A model generated the notes under the pieces. The model was not told where the DNA came from and did not search any database. It saw only the letters and a list, made by a program, of their open reading frames with translations. A stretch of 64,000 nt of DNA, taken from the NCBI RefSeq assembly GCF_003704095.1, contig NW_020845304.1:186001-250000 (forward strand), in the 5' to 3' direction. This document shows, piece by piece, positions 12,101 through 23,200 of this stretch. The position numbers and the translations under genes are program-made. Position 1 is the stretch's first letter, and each line of letters begins with the position of its first letter. This DNA comes from Pocillopora damicornis (taxonomy: Eukaryota).

Positions 12101-15100
12101 TAGTTAGCTTAGTTGGAAGAGCACTACACCAGTATCGCCGAGGTCATGGGTTCTAATCCCGTACAGGCGTGAATTTTTTCCAGGCCTTATTTTCACTACG
12201 GCTTAAGTAGTGGTCATTACTGCAAAGATCGCTTCCATATTCGTTTCTTTGTCCGCAGTTCACAAGTATGATTTTCATCTTCACAGTCATTTGTCTTTGT
12301 TTTGTTTGACAGTAAACCACTGTAAAATGTCTCGGCGTCTTTTCAATCAGTCAACGTCTAAATTTCTTTTTGCTTTTTTAGATTATATGATAATTTAATC
12401 TGATTATTCCACAGGTATTGCAGGGTACTAAGTTTTTGACCTGTAAATTTCCCCTTTGAGACAAATAACACAGCTTAGAGAGGCAGAACAAATTCGTTAG
12501 TTTGAAAATTTCTTGAAAACTAATTTTCTCAATCGATGTTAACACATTTCTTTGTTAGCTGTTGTTAAAATTCATTTATCTCGGTGATGATCATTTCCTC
12601 AATTCTCTTTACCCGCTTTTATGACATTGTTAGGAAATTGTAAGGAGAATTTTAGTACTAATCACTCCTGAATGCAAAAATTTTTCTTCTTCCATCTTAA
12701 ACCGGCGCTAACTTTGCTAATGCAAACTGTATGCATTGGAAGTTTGCTGGTAATTGATATCTTCTTTTTCAACTCTAAAAATAGAAGTCGATTCTATCTC
12801 GTTAATTGGTTATCCGATATCTTTCATCCTTTCTTAAAAAGCCAGTTTATCGCCGGCCGCTTTGAAAAATTATATTATAGTTATAATCAAGCACTTTCGT
12901 GCATTTTTATTTTTATATCTTTGTGGTATCATATCTGATAATCTCTTGTCAAAATTCTTTTCTTTTTCTTTTTTACCACAGATCAATTAGTCTCGTAAAT
13001 TTCCGATTATTTTATGACGACCGGAACTTTGATCAAACAAACATTTTATAATTGATCTTCTGCTGTAACTCAAATTTGATCTATTGGTTTCTTTGCCCAT
13101 TGATGCTTTTTTGTTGTTTTTATATTCAATTCGGTAATAATTTTGCGGGGAAAATTGTCACGATATTTTGGTAAAACTCAAACCCAAGATTTTCTTCCGT
13201 GCTATTGGAAATAAAGTTCATAAAGATGACCTAGTCCACTGGACTGGGGCTTCCGTGTAAGAAAAAGGTTTTAAAAAGGCAAGAAATATGCGCAGCTGGC
13301 GTGGAATCGGAGTCCTTTAGTGAAAAAGAGTACAAATGTTGAATTATATTCGTGTTTTGAGTATTCTTTTTGAGTAGTTAACTTATTCGGTTTGATGCGG
13401 CAGAGGTTCCAAGTTTTTGTCGATCATCTTTTGAGACTTCAACCACCCACATTTTGGTTGCTTGGGATAGTTTTTTGTGTCTATATGCAATTTCGAGGTT
13501 TTTCCTGATATTGTGCCTTTCTTGTGCCTTAGAATAAATAATTCCTCCTATTTACATATAACCAGTGGGTATGAATTGACATGGATATCCGGATGACGCA
13601 AAAAAACAGACAACGAAGCCGATATACGGCCAAACAAACAAAAAATCAGAAAACTTACAGGAACTCTATGGTCACGAACGCGGTTATATGAAACAAAAGC
13701 GAGTTTTCGGTGACTTTTGAACTCGAGAGGGTCATATGTGACTTACGCACGCAGAATAAACATGTTTACTATGTCCTGCTGGGATGTGAGAAATTGCACT
13801 TATGAATGAAAAGTAAGGAGAGCTGCTGTCATTCCTAGATAGACTTTGACAGCATGGATCGCTGAAAGCGTCGAAAATTACATTATTTTCGAGTTTCGCA
13901 AATAAACAACTGAGGCAATGGACCCTTAACACTGAGAGAAGGATGCAAGCAATTATGAATGGACGAGAAAGTCTTTTAACGGATATTACCGTAAACAGAC
14001 AGCTATATTTGCCACAAATTTTCTTCCTACGTAACCTTTTAAGCCGCCTTTTACAACTTCACCTGTTCTTCTACGAGGCTACAAGCAAAACTTCTTTTTG
14101 TTCTATAGCGTAAAACGAGTGGTACTGCGATAGTGTGTGATGTTCTTGACGCCGTTTTTAACGGATAATTACCACCTCATTTTGTTATTCACCCTAGTTA
14201 ATTTATTTATAAAAAGAAACCTTCTCTATAGTACGTTTTACTGTTATTGTAATTTTTGTTTTCTGCTCGATATCGTTGCTTAAGATGTTGGCTGTTGTCA
14301 AAAACTCGGTTAATAAGACTCCACCGTTCAGGTTGAGTTTTTTTCGTATGTGGCTTCAAACAATTACAAGTTTCCAGAAAATTTCTCCTAATTGATTGTA
14401 TTTGTTATTCTTCATACTATCCCGCACATTGATTTGTCAAGATTTAAGGGAGAAATGATATTTTGAGATTGAGGTATTTCCTAAACAGTTGTTCTCCCAG
14501 GAAACCGTCCGCCATACGCAAGAATGCATGGGTTGTGAATTGGGCATGCGCATATGCGCATATTTTTTCGAAGTCGGAACAATTTTTGATAGAGACCACA
14601 ATAAAACGATAGAGTTGGCCTGTTTCTTCGACACTAATTATTCTAATCCCAATTGAGATTTTTTTCGCCTAATGTTTATTTTTCTCTAGCTTCCAAAAAT
14701 CTTGCGTGTTTGACATTCTGACTTTTACTGACTCGATTTTCTTATAATCGTGCAAGAAAGCTTTATTGTGAATTTTTGCATATGTGTTGAGCTCGCAAGG
14801 CGAGTCGTATTTTCGCGTACATAGTGAAAGCACTTTTGTGTGGCGAACAAAAGTCGATTTCCAAACTTGTCATTTGGTGCGAGGCTGTGAGCAAATCGTA
14901 AACATTACCTATTGTGTCTGATTCTCAGCTGTGCATATGTACTCCGGCAGTTTTGTTCATCTGTGGAGGACAAATTAAGATGAAATGCGCTTTCTAATTG
15001 AATTGCTCGCGGATGTTGCAAATGACATTTCGTATGTTGTGTTTTTTTCGGAAGTGACAAATATTAAATGCTCACGAGAAGATTGAGTGGTCGCGCTTCC

Positions 15101-18100
15101 GCTGAAATTATCCTACTCAAACTACTCGGTATTATTTTAATGCATCCGATTTTATATTCCCACCACAAAATGCTCACAACTGAAAATATTCTAGACCCAA
15201 AGTTTAGTTTAAAATGGATAAGGAGAGGGAAATTTTCAAGGCATTTCTTGTAAATATGCGTAGGTTTTCGTTTGATTTTGTTGTACCCGTGCTCGCACAC
15301 ACGCGAAAGATTACAACGCGTGCGATAGTTGTATCAATGAAGTGTTAAATCATTTTTTTTGCTAGAAAATAGCCCTTTAATCGAGATATATTGGGGCATG
15401 AAGTTTTTTTAGGTTTCTTTGTTCGCGCTGAAATAGCGAGGGCCGTTTTTTTGACGCAGATACGTAATACTTACGTTTTTTTCGAATAGAAATTATATGA
15501 GTGATACGGCAGATTTTCGAATCTCCATCATGGGCCATTCGCATTCAGATTTTTACGTTTATCGTCAACAATATGGTGGTAAATAACCATTAGATGTTGA
15601 GGAACAGTATAAACTTTATAAAACAACCATTTTTGTTTTCGTTTCCAAACTTTGTAGTCTAGAAATTTTTCCTGGTACAAGAGAGGAAAGTTTGCTTATT
15701 CGAACATGTTCGATCAATTATTTTTAACTTCAGCACCATCTAGTCTCCGTTAATTGCTCCTAGCTTAGGCGTTGAAAAGGAATGAAAAGATTTAACTTTT
15801 TGTTGCTCCTTTGATCGTTGAATAAATCCCCTTTCTTTTCATTTGACTTTTGGTTTAAATAATTTCTGATCTTAATTTCTGAATTTTATCTTGATTTTAA
15901 TTTGCGTCGGGCAACAACACTCATTGAGCTACACTTCTCAGAAGCGTAGTACATCATATTTTTTGCTGTTCTCTCCGGCGCCCGGTCTCAGAGTTATGAC
16001 TTTTTGATCATATATTTATTTGGGTACTAACCTTTTTTTCCGTGGCTGCGTTGCGTGTGATGTCAAGATGACTTCAAAGTAATACTAGTGAAGCCACAGA
16101 ACCCATCAAGTCTTTTTAAAACTCATATCTCATCCAACACGAGGTATTATTTTATTCCATCGCCTTTTGTCCAATGGTATAAATTTTCTCTTGTATCCTG
16201 TAGTTAACGATAAAAAAACAGAAAGTTACGCACGAACTTCAATCTACTACGGGTTTTCTTCGTCGTTGCAAAGCGATTTTGTAGATTAATAAACTTGCAT
16301 AGACAAGTTGTTCCTCCAGGCAGTTTTCGATGTTATGATTTTCGGTTTTGTTTACTGGCCTGTTGTCTCGTTTAAATAATTCTTCTCTCTTTCTTGGCTT
16401 TCCTAATGTTATCTTCTTCTACGGTAATTCATGTCATGAAAATTCCGTGTACTTTGAATTGCAAATGAACTGTCTTCGTCAAACAATTAATCTCAATTCA
16501 ACTGGTTTGTTTTCAGGGGAATACCATTTTGTTGATGAAGCGACTCTTGCTCTGCGATTCAATCATTGGCTTACACAAAACACATTTCTAATTAAAATTT
16601 GGAATTTACTACTCACACGAAAGCGCGGACAAACAGGCCTCTATTTTCATTTGTCAAGGAAAGAAAAGGTTCTTATCAGTACACAGGAGACACGAGAATG
16701 TTTAAATGATTCCAAATGTCTCTTTTCAAAGTAAAGGCGATTCGATAGATTAATGGTCCATTTCTTGCTGGACAGAGTGTCAGTGCAAGTTTAATTTAGT
16801 TAGAATGTTCAATTCATCGCGTTCTCTGACCTCAATTGGTTTTTATCACTTCCACGCGAGTAAATTAAAAATTTCTCGTCAATTTTTCTTAAATTACGAT
16901 TTAATTTGTGGTAATTCAACCAGGCGAACTCTTGGATTTCAGTGAATGCGATTTGCATGTTTCTACGCCAATTTGAGCCTTTTTTACGCTTTTTAAAGCT
17001 GTCTTGGCCATACGACAAGAATTGAACTTGGCCGATGGTTTTGGAAACGCATTCAAATTGTTTACAACCTTTTTACGTCTTATGTTATCAATGACTTCTT
17101 AATTTCTCCGAGATTCCCCTGGTGAAAGCTAATCAATTGCAAATCTTACGGACAGAGATTCTGTCGTAACGTGAACTAATTTTCCATAAAATTGTAATCG
17201 ATCAGCGAAATTGACCACCTATTTGATCATTTGACGTCTAGATCCGCATCAATACCAGCTGTTTGAACGCAAAATGGCGGTTAATTAACTTCAATTTGAT
17301 ACTAAACCAAGCGGTTTTACATGCCCCCGACTCGATGAAAACAATGTCTTAAGACGCAAATTACCTTGGCCTGTGTGATGTTCAGTTTTGCGGAAAGGCA
17401 CACATCGTGAGCGAGCGCTTTTCGTGCTGAGTTGCCAACGTTAATTTACTAATTATAAATGCCCCCCCCTCCCCCCCTTATACATTGATAAAGATCGCTT
17501 ACTCTATCTCAATACACAATGTTAATGAGCTGAAATCTATCCTTATTTACAGATACCTGGGCGGAATACTCAATTTCCATACGTAGTTCGTGTGCGTTCG
17601 CGAACGTGATTTTTTTGCTTGAGTTGAAAATGAAGAAAAAAGCTTGTTATGCTTTATTGTATGCTAAACCTTACAAACATGTAATGCTAACATACTAATG
17701 ACATCATGAATTTACAGACTTATCCGACTATGTTCCGAAAATTAGCCGAGGGTCGACTGAATGTTTCACGACACTTCATATTCTCGACTAAGATTAAATT
17801 GGAGAAAGATGTTTTTTCGTCTTGTCACGAGCGTGGGACAAAGAAAAATTCTGAGTCCCCATGAGGAATCGAGCCTCAGACCTTCGGATTCCGCGCTCCG
17901 AAGGTCTGGGTTCGACTCCTCATGGGGACTCAGAATTTTTTCTTTGTCCCACGCTCGTGATAAAACGTAAAAACCTCTTTCCTTATTTCTTTACCGAGCT
18001 CAAAACTTACCATCTCTCTTATTTCTATCTACAAAGATTAAATTACGTTCGACACCATAGTGTATTGGGACAGCGGTTTCATATTCACCATGGGAACGGG

Positions 18101-21100
18101 AATTAGGTGTTGTGGGAATAAAGCTTTTTCGATGTGACGTGATGTGCTGTGGTTGCTTTTAGACACCACAATACCTAACAAACCCAAGTTTTGTCTTACG
18201 AAGGTGTTTTTTTTTTTTTTACTCTTCCGTTAGACAAACAAAGAAACAAAGAAACAGACTAACCAACAACAGACACGCCATCAGCTGATATACATGTTTT
18301 AGAGCAATGTCAGTATCTAAGCAACTGCGCACCTACCCCTCCTTTAACCTAACAGCAGTCAACTGATAATAAGTGAGATTTTATGTTTGGCAAGGGGAGG
18401 GGTAGGTATGCAGTTGCTCAGATACTGACATTGAACCCGTATTTCCCTGTTCTTCCGTTCTGGATGTCGTATCTTTGTCAGTGATGAGATTTGTTTTGAA
18501 TTTATGAGAGCTGATAGGCTGTTTTTCTCCAGTAATATTGGCCTTAAAGTTGATTATTTTTGCCTCAGGGAATTCTAGCGCTGATTAATTCGGCTTTGGA
18601 TCCACTGCTTGATGCGATCAGCCGTGATTTGGAAAACCATATATTCAAGATGCATTCCGAAGATTTCACAAGGTGAGTCCATGCACTTCCTAGAAGCTTG
18701 GAAGTTTACGACGTTCAAACTTCATCGTTTCTCGCACTTAGGAAGACAACATGCTGCGATTATAGTCATTAAAAATTAGTCTAGTAAGAATTGCGACTTT
18801 CGTAGAAATTTTAATTTTAAGTGCACAAGGAAAACATTTTATATTTTCCAACTATTGTGATATATTTAAGGTTTTGCGTCGACTGAGAGAAATTGGTCTT
18901 TTTTTTAAAACAAATAACTGCTATTATATTTTTGATTGAAGTTCCACCTTGTCGCGTGACATTGCTGATAACCCGGATGCGCCATGTTCTGGTTACATTC
19001 AAGACTTGCAGGTATGGGCTGAGGATTACCTTTGTTAACTTTGTTGACCTTCTTTGAACCTTTTATCTTCTTACTTAGAGGAGGGGATCCTACGTGTTAT
19101 GTCTTTCAGGATTTTATTATACACGTTCAAAAGAACTACATTGCACTTTATGAGTGCAGAGAAATTCTCTCGCAAAGGTAAGCAACACGCAACCCTTTTT
19201 TGATTCAATTATGTGCACCAAAATTTGTCAACTGAGTCGAATCTGTGATCATCTTAGCCGAAAGGAGAATAAAAAGGAGGTGTGGGAATTCAGAGATTGT
19301 GCCATTCGTCACGGCTGCGTCGCTATAACCACTTGACATCCAGAAATGATCTTCTCCTTAAAGTATTAGTACGCTTTGCAATAAGCAAATGATGAGGGTA
19401 GTGATACGTATTAGCCAGAAGGAGGCGGCTTGATATGGCATCAAATTCTCTTCGTTAATATATAAAGAAATATCTCGTAGTCAGAGGAGAGAATTACAAT
19501 GCCCATCGTTGGATTAAATACAACGCTACGCAGGCTGCTTGAGTTCATAAGCTCTCAACAACACTGTTTCCATGGTAACCGCACATCTAGTTTTACAGTT
19601 CAACATGCTTCTTGCTTTTATTTGTTGAATCCTTCCGCTTTTTAGGTTGGAAGAGATCGTGTGTCGAACTATTGAGCTGTTTGTTCGTCACGCCAGTCTA
19701 CTTAGAGCCATTGGCGAGGGAGGAAAACTGAAGCTTGCTGCTGACATGGCTCAGGTATGCTGTTTTCACATTTTCATTACTTAACTAAGGATTCAGAATG
19801 GGATTTTTGTTTAGTCTTGCTGTTGTTGAGGTGAATAACTGCCCTTGTTGACCCAGGTTTCCGTAGTAACTTTCCCCATTGACACACCTGCATTCCCAAC
19901 CACATTTACTAGGTAACTTACTATATTTGTTGTTGTTTTTGTTTTTGTCTAGATTGAGTTTGCTGTTGGTCCATTATGCCACAAAGTGTCAGATTTAGGA
20001 AAGTCCTACAAACTTTTGAGATCTTTTAGGTGAGATGCGCGTAATTGTACGTTCTCCATCACCCGTGTTTGCTAGACGGAAGGATATAACAGTGCACTGA
20101 CAGGTAGACAGACGGACGGACCAACGTACATGGACAGACGGACCAAAGAACATGTAGTAAGACCTTCAGACGGACGGACAACTAGACAGACAGGCACGCG
20201 GCCAGGCGGAAGGATAGAGATTCACGGACGAAATTGACAAAGAGACAGATAGATTATTCAGCAGTGAGACGAAAAAGGCGGACTAACAAAGAGAAAAACA
20301 CAGACAGGAAGACTAAAAGACGGTCAGACAAACTGATGCACAGTTCTACGAACGGACGTTCGTGCGGACAGACGGACGGATAGACAGACCGACGGACAGA
20401 AGCACGGACATACGAACGGACAGACGGACGGTCAGATAGATAAAGAAACATTTATTCGATGGATGCTGTCAAGTACACAGCTGCATCTTCCAAAAGTGTT
20501 AAAATCATTTCTTTTTTCCAGACCTCTATTATTTCAAACCTCTGAAGATATTGTAAATAATCCGGCCCTTGGAGAAAGTCTTCCTCACAGTGTGGTATTG
20601 CATCATTTGTTTTCACGCGCTCCAAACGAACTTAAATCTCCTCACGAGGTACGTACCTTCATTTTCCAGCCCTACGGGCTTTCTTTTACACAGACATCCT
20701 TTGAAGTTTCTTCTTTATTAAGGTTTATCTCTAAGGGTGCGAAATTGATATCAGAGGGAACGAACTAAATATAAATATAGATCATTTTGAATTAAGAAAC
20801 GACCGTTTTATTGTTACGGTTAGAAATTATCAGCCTTAAGACCCTAGTACTTCTGGAGGTGACTGACATGTAACTTCTCCTTATAATAACCATACACTGT
20901 CCAGCAAATAGGTATTGAGATTACTCCAACCTCTCAGGTAGAAGTGATCTTGAACTAGCAACAAATTCTCGTAACCAACTTACAAGGAAATGTGTAACAG
21001 CTACAGGGGAGAATTAACATTAAGATCTTAGGGTTTAATGGGGTTAATAGTAAAAGACTGCCACTAAAAAAATATGGTTTAGCCCTGTTATCCACTTGTG

Positions 21101-22080
21101 CGCAATCAAGCCCTCCATCAACTTAACTCAAGATTCTTTAAAAATTGTTGGGCCCACGGTTTAAATCATCATGTAAATCGACTTCAGTGTTGCTGATACA
21201 GAAATTTTGAATCCAGTTTTGAAAGAGATCCTGGAAACTCGCGCCCCCTTGAAAGAATTCTTAAACTTATTGTGACTCGCGCGTTCTCTCGCGCGTCGAG
21301 CGGTTTGCGTGTCTCTACATAGAATTCCTATGAACTTTCCGTGAAATTACCTTTGTTCTGACAAGCTGTTGTGACTGCTTTGGCTCAGGTTTTACTAAAC
21401 TCAATCGAAAAGCCGTCCTTACGCTGCATGTAGTAGTAAGTCAGCTAAAATTAATTTTGATTTGTCTGAAGGTGGCAGGATGGTCATTGGGTTTCTACTC
21501 TCAATGGTTGGATGAGCACACATCAGAGGAAGAGAAACTTGCACTTATTAAGTAAGGGTGTCATTCTGACCAATGAGAAGTTGGTTTATCCATGGGGTAA
21601 AATGTTCGTCATAATAATAACTATCGATCAGTCAATAATTTGGTCGGCCTGTCTGGCCGGCCGTTTGGGCGTCTAAGGTTACCCCGTAGTACTTACGGCC
21701 CACCCAACTGAATGTCCACTTGCTCGTTCGTCTAACTGACCATTCGTCCGTTTATCCAATCCCCTCCCCTCTCCCCCAAACCCGCTTTTGTCTATCTGTC
21801 CATCCATCACTAACTCCTTCTTTCAGTCTGCCTTTTGGTCAGTTAGAATGTGGGACAGCCAGTTAACTCAGACAAGGTGCCAATGTTATTTCAAGCAGTC
21901 GGTTGATTACAGGCGTTAATAAGTGTCTTTACCATATTTGACTGTTTATTTGTGATTTGCAGAGGCACACTGGAGGCATACGTTCAGTCGGTCAGATCAC
22001 GTGGAGAAAAAGAATTTGCACCAGTGTATCCCATCATGCTGAGGATTCTTCAAGCTGTGAGAGCTACACAGGGCTCCTAA
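160..22080 (+). CDS. COG5: Conserved oligomeric Golgi complex subunit 5 (multi-exon; some N-terminal exons missing in the N gap)
   Basis: Phase-consistent GT-AG exons: 160-196, 266-405, [gap], 1286-1445, 1699-1817, 2115-2192, 2280-2358, 2939-3122, 3571-3732, 3977-4076, 11407-11517, 11855-11920, 18569-18672, 18942-19011, 19110-19177, 19646-19754, 19953-20029, 20522-20648, 21472-21551, 21963-22080 (TAA). Peptides match vertebrate COG5 as I recall it: [102 protein letters not shown] at 22617-22622. Confidence 0.96.
790..889. other. Assembly gap (100 N placeholder) hiding COG5 exons
   Basis: Run of 100 N. COG5 homology jumps from ...ELHAQ (405) to NQTQV... (1286), skipping roughly 145 aa, so the true gap must be much longer than 100 bp. 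Confidence 0.93.
3297..3380. repeat. Short interspersed repeat fragment; inverted second copy at ~49501-49592
   Basis: AAGAGTTTCAAAGATGACGTTTCGAGCGTTA here versus TAACGCTCGAAACGTTAGCTTTGAAACTCTT at ~49520-49550. Confidence 0.65.
4134..4392. repeat. Interspersed repeat (MITE-like)
   Basis: GAGCGCTTTTCTATAGATTGTCG ... CGACACAATTACAAATTGTTC imperfect termini with internal GCGCGGGAAAACGCG; a related inverted fragment lies at ~21270-21420. Confidence 0.5.
4686..5060 (-). other. 124-codon in-frame extension behind the K2P stop codon (possible true C-terminal tail)
   Basis: Frame set by the phase-1 acceptor at 5098 reads [24 protein letters not shown]...KKTSENMK*; minus-strand AATAAA at 4593-4588. 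Confidence 0.5.
5061..8509 (-). CDS. KCNK: Two-pore-domain potassium channel (K2P), TASK/KCNK3-KCNK9-like, nested antisense in COG5 intron 4077-11406
   Basis: Exon 1 8509-8197 ([10 protein letters not shown]...[13 protein letters not shown]...[10 protein letters not shown]|G); exon 2 6888-6385 (GYGHLAPKT...[15 protein letters not shown]...[17 protein letters not shown]...M4). Probable exon 3 from acceptor at 5098 to TAA 5063-5061. Two pore loops (TIGYG, TIGFG) and 4 TM segments. The last exon is less certain than the first two. Confidence 0.92.
7222..7361. mobile_element. Palindromic (foldback) MITE-like element
   Basis: TTAGACGTTTTGGTGTGTAGTGTCGCTG... pairs with ...CAGCGATACTACACACCAAAACGTCTAA; nearly the whole 140 bp folds back. 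Confidence 0.8.
7902..8137 (+). mobile_element. tRNA-derived SINE with CORE-like central domain
   Basis: Pol III A box (GGTGGCCTCATGG) and B box (GGTTCAAGCC); CTTAGGCAAGACACTT...GTACAAATGGG resembles the MIR CORE; T-rich tail; 7-bp target-site duplication CATCCTC (7895-7901, 8138-8144). Confidence 0.85.
12013..12292 (+). mobile_element. tRNA-related interspersed repeat with terminal direct repeats
   Basis: TAGCTTAGTTGGAAGAGC (A box) ... GGTTCTAATCC (degenerate B box) at ~12105-12160; TATGATTTTCAT...CAGTCATTT at both ends. Confidence 0.65.
17805..17980. repeat. Long inverted repeat (~84-bp arms, 8-nt loop), tRNA/SINE-derived
   Basis: ...TCACGAGCGTGGGACAAAGAAAAATTCTGAGTCCCCATGAGGAATCGAGCCTCAGACCTTCGGA-ttccgcgc-TCCGAAGGTCTGGGTTCGACTCCTCATGGGGACTCAGAATTTTTTCTTTGTCCCACGCTCGTGA...; right arm contains B box GGTTCGACTCC. 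Confidence 0.88.
18305..18433. mobile_element. MITE-like element with ~38-bp terminal inverted repeats
   Basis: CAATGTCAGTATCTAAGCAACTGCGCACCTACCCCTCC ... GGAGGGGTAGGTATGCAGTTGCTCAGATACTGACATTG. Confidence 0.82.
20075..20442. repeat. Degenerate (GACA/GACG)n tetranucleotide microsatellite
   Basis: Runs such as CAGACGGACGGACAACTAGACAGACAG, in a COG5 intron. Confidence 0.85.
20835..21047. mobile_element. Inverted diverged relative of the TTAA-flanked MITE family
   Basis: Starts TTAAGACCC, contains TAACTTCTCCTTATAATA and CAAATTCTC (reverse of GAGAATTTG), ends GGGGTTAA. Confidence 0.55.
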
Positions 22081-22332
22081 TATTTTGCTGACTGGAAGAA
22101 AAACAAACAAACAGACAGACACGAAAACAACAACAACAACAACATGGGAGCCAAAAAATTACGTAGCATATTCCTGGAGTATATTTCCTTACAACAAGTC
22201 TGTGATAGAAGATAGAATTAAGTTATTTTTTATTGTTGGTCGACAGAAAGCAGGGATATGATACTGAGTCCATTGTGTATATAACGCCTTATGTAGAAGG
22301 CACCGAACATCGAACACTTACTCCTTACATTC

Positions 22333-22544
22333 TTAACCCTTTACACCCTAACATCAGTATGCATATTCTCCATACTGTTCTCTGTACATTTACTAAGGTA
22401 CTGACAAGGAGAATTTGCCCAACAATCAAGAGTTCCTTTAGTTGGTGATCATTTCCTTCATTCTCATGATATTAATGTATGATTCAGAGGAGATATTGTA
22501 AGGAGAAATTAGATGCCAATCACTCTTGAGGGTTAAAGGGTTTA
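22333..22544. mobile_element. ~210-bp non-autonomous element with TTAA-CCC...GGG-TT(T)A ends (piggyBac-like MITE), in the COG5 3' UTR
   Basis: TTAACCCTTT...AAAGGGTTTA termini. Related degenerate copies at ~7712-8153 (interrupted by the SINE), ~12580-12670, and inverted at ~20835-21047 and ~19340-19510. Confidence 0.72.
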
Positions 22545-22833
22545 TTAGTTGATACTGTACTTTAATTGGAACACATTTCCTAAATGTTCGTAAGTTCTGT
22601 GTAACGCCACCGAATCAATAAAAGGGAAATGGAAAAGGGTTTGGTGGAGAAACGAAGGGTGGTACTCATTTAAGATAGTATGTAAAAAATGAACAGCTAT
22701 TGTAAGCTACACACTGCTACTTCATGTTTAATTTATTGAGAACATAATATTTAAAAATTATATAGTCGTAATGTACCGGGAAGAAGCGATTACGTCAAGA
22801 ATAGCCTTTCCGCGAAGTAAGTGCCGTACCAAA

Positions 22834-23200
22834 GGGGACTTGGAAAGTATGGCGCTGGAAGGGACTTCTGGAAGGGGACTTGGGAATAAAAGGACCTTGG
22901 AAAAGAGGGACCTAATAGATACATGGAAAATGGAGACTCAATTGGGGCTTTTAAAATATATAAGTAAAAAGAACTTAGAATGAAGGGCCAATTAGGAGCA
23001 TAGACAATAGGGACTTGGATGGGGCTTAGAAATCATAGGAACTCAAGAGGGGCTTGAATAAATGGGACCAGTAAGGACCGAACAACAAGGGACTTAACCT
23101 GGGCTTGGGAATTAAGAGGAACTGGGAATTAACGTGGATTGTTGAAAAGAGGATTTGGAAAAGCACCGCTAAAAGTGAAGACGTAGCTTGGAGTCTTGGA
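22834..23200. repeat. Degenerate GGGACTTGGAA-type minisatellite
   Basis: More than ten variants of GGGACTTGGAA/GGGGCTTGGGAA downstream of COG5. Confidence 0.72.

Noticed and set aside
12098-12170. tRNA gene
   Set aside because: Degenerate B box, no clean acceptor stem, embedded in a repeat.
16348-16734. 128-aa intronic ORF
   Set aside because: Non-ATG start, composition typical of T-rich intron, no domain.
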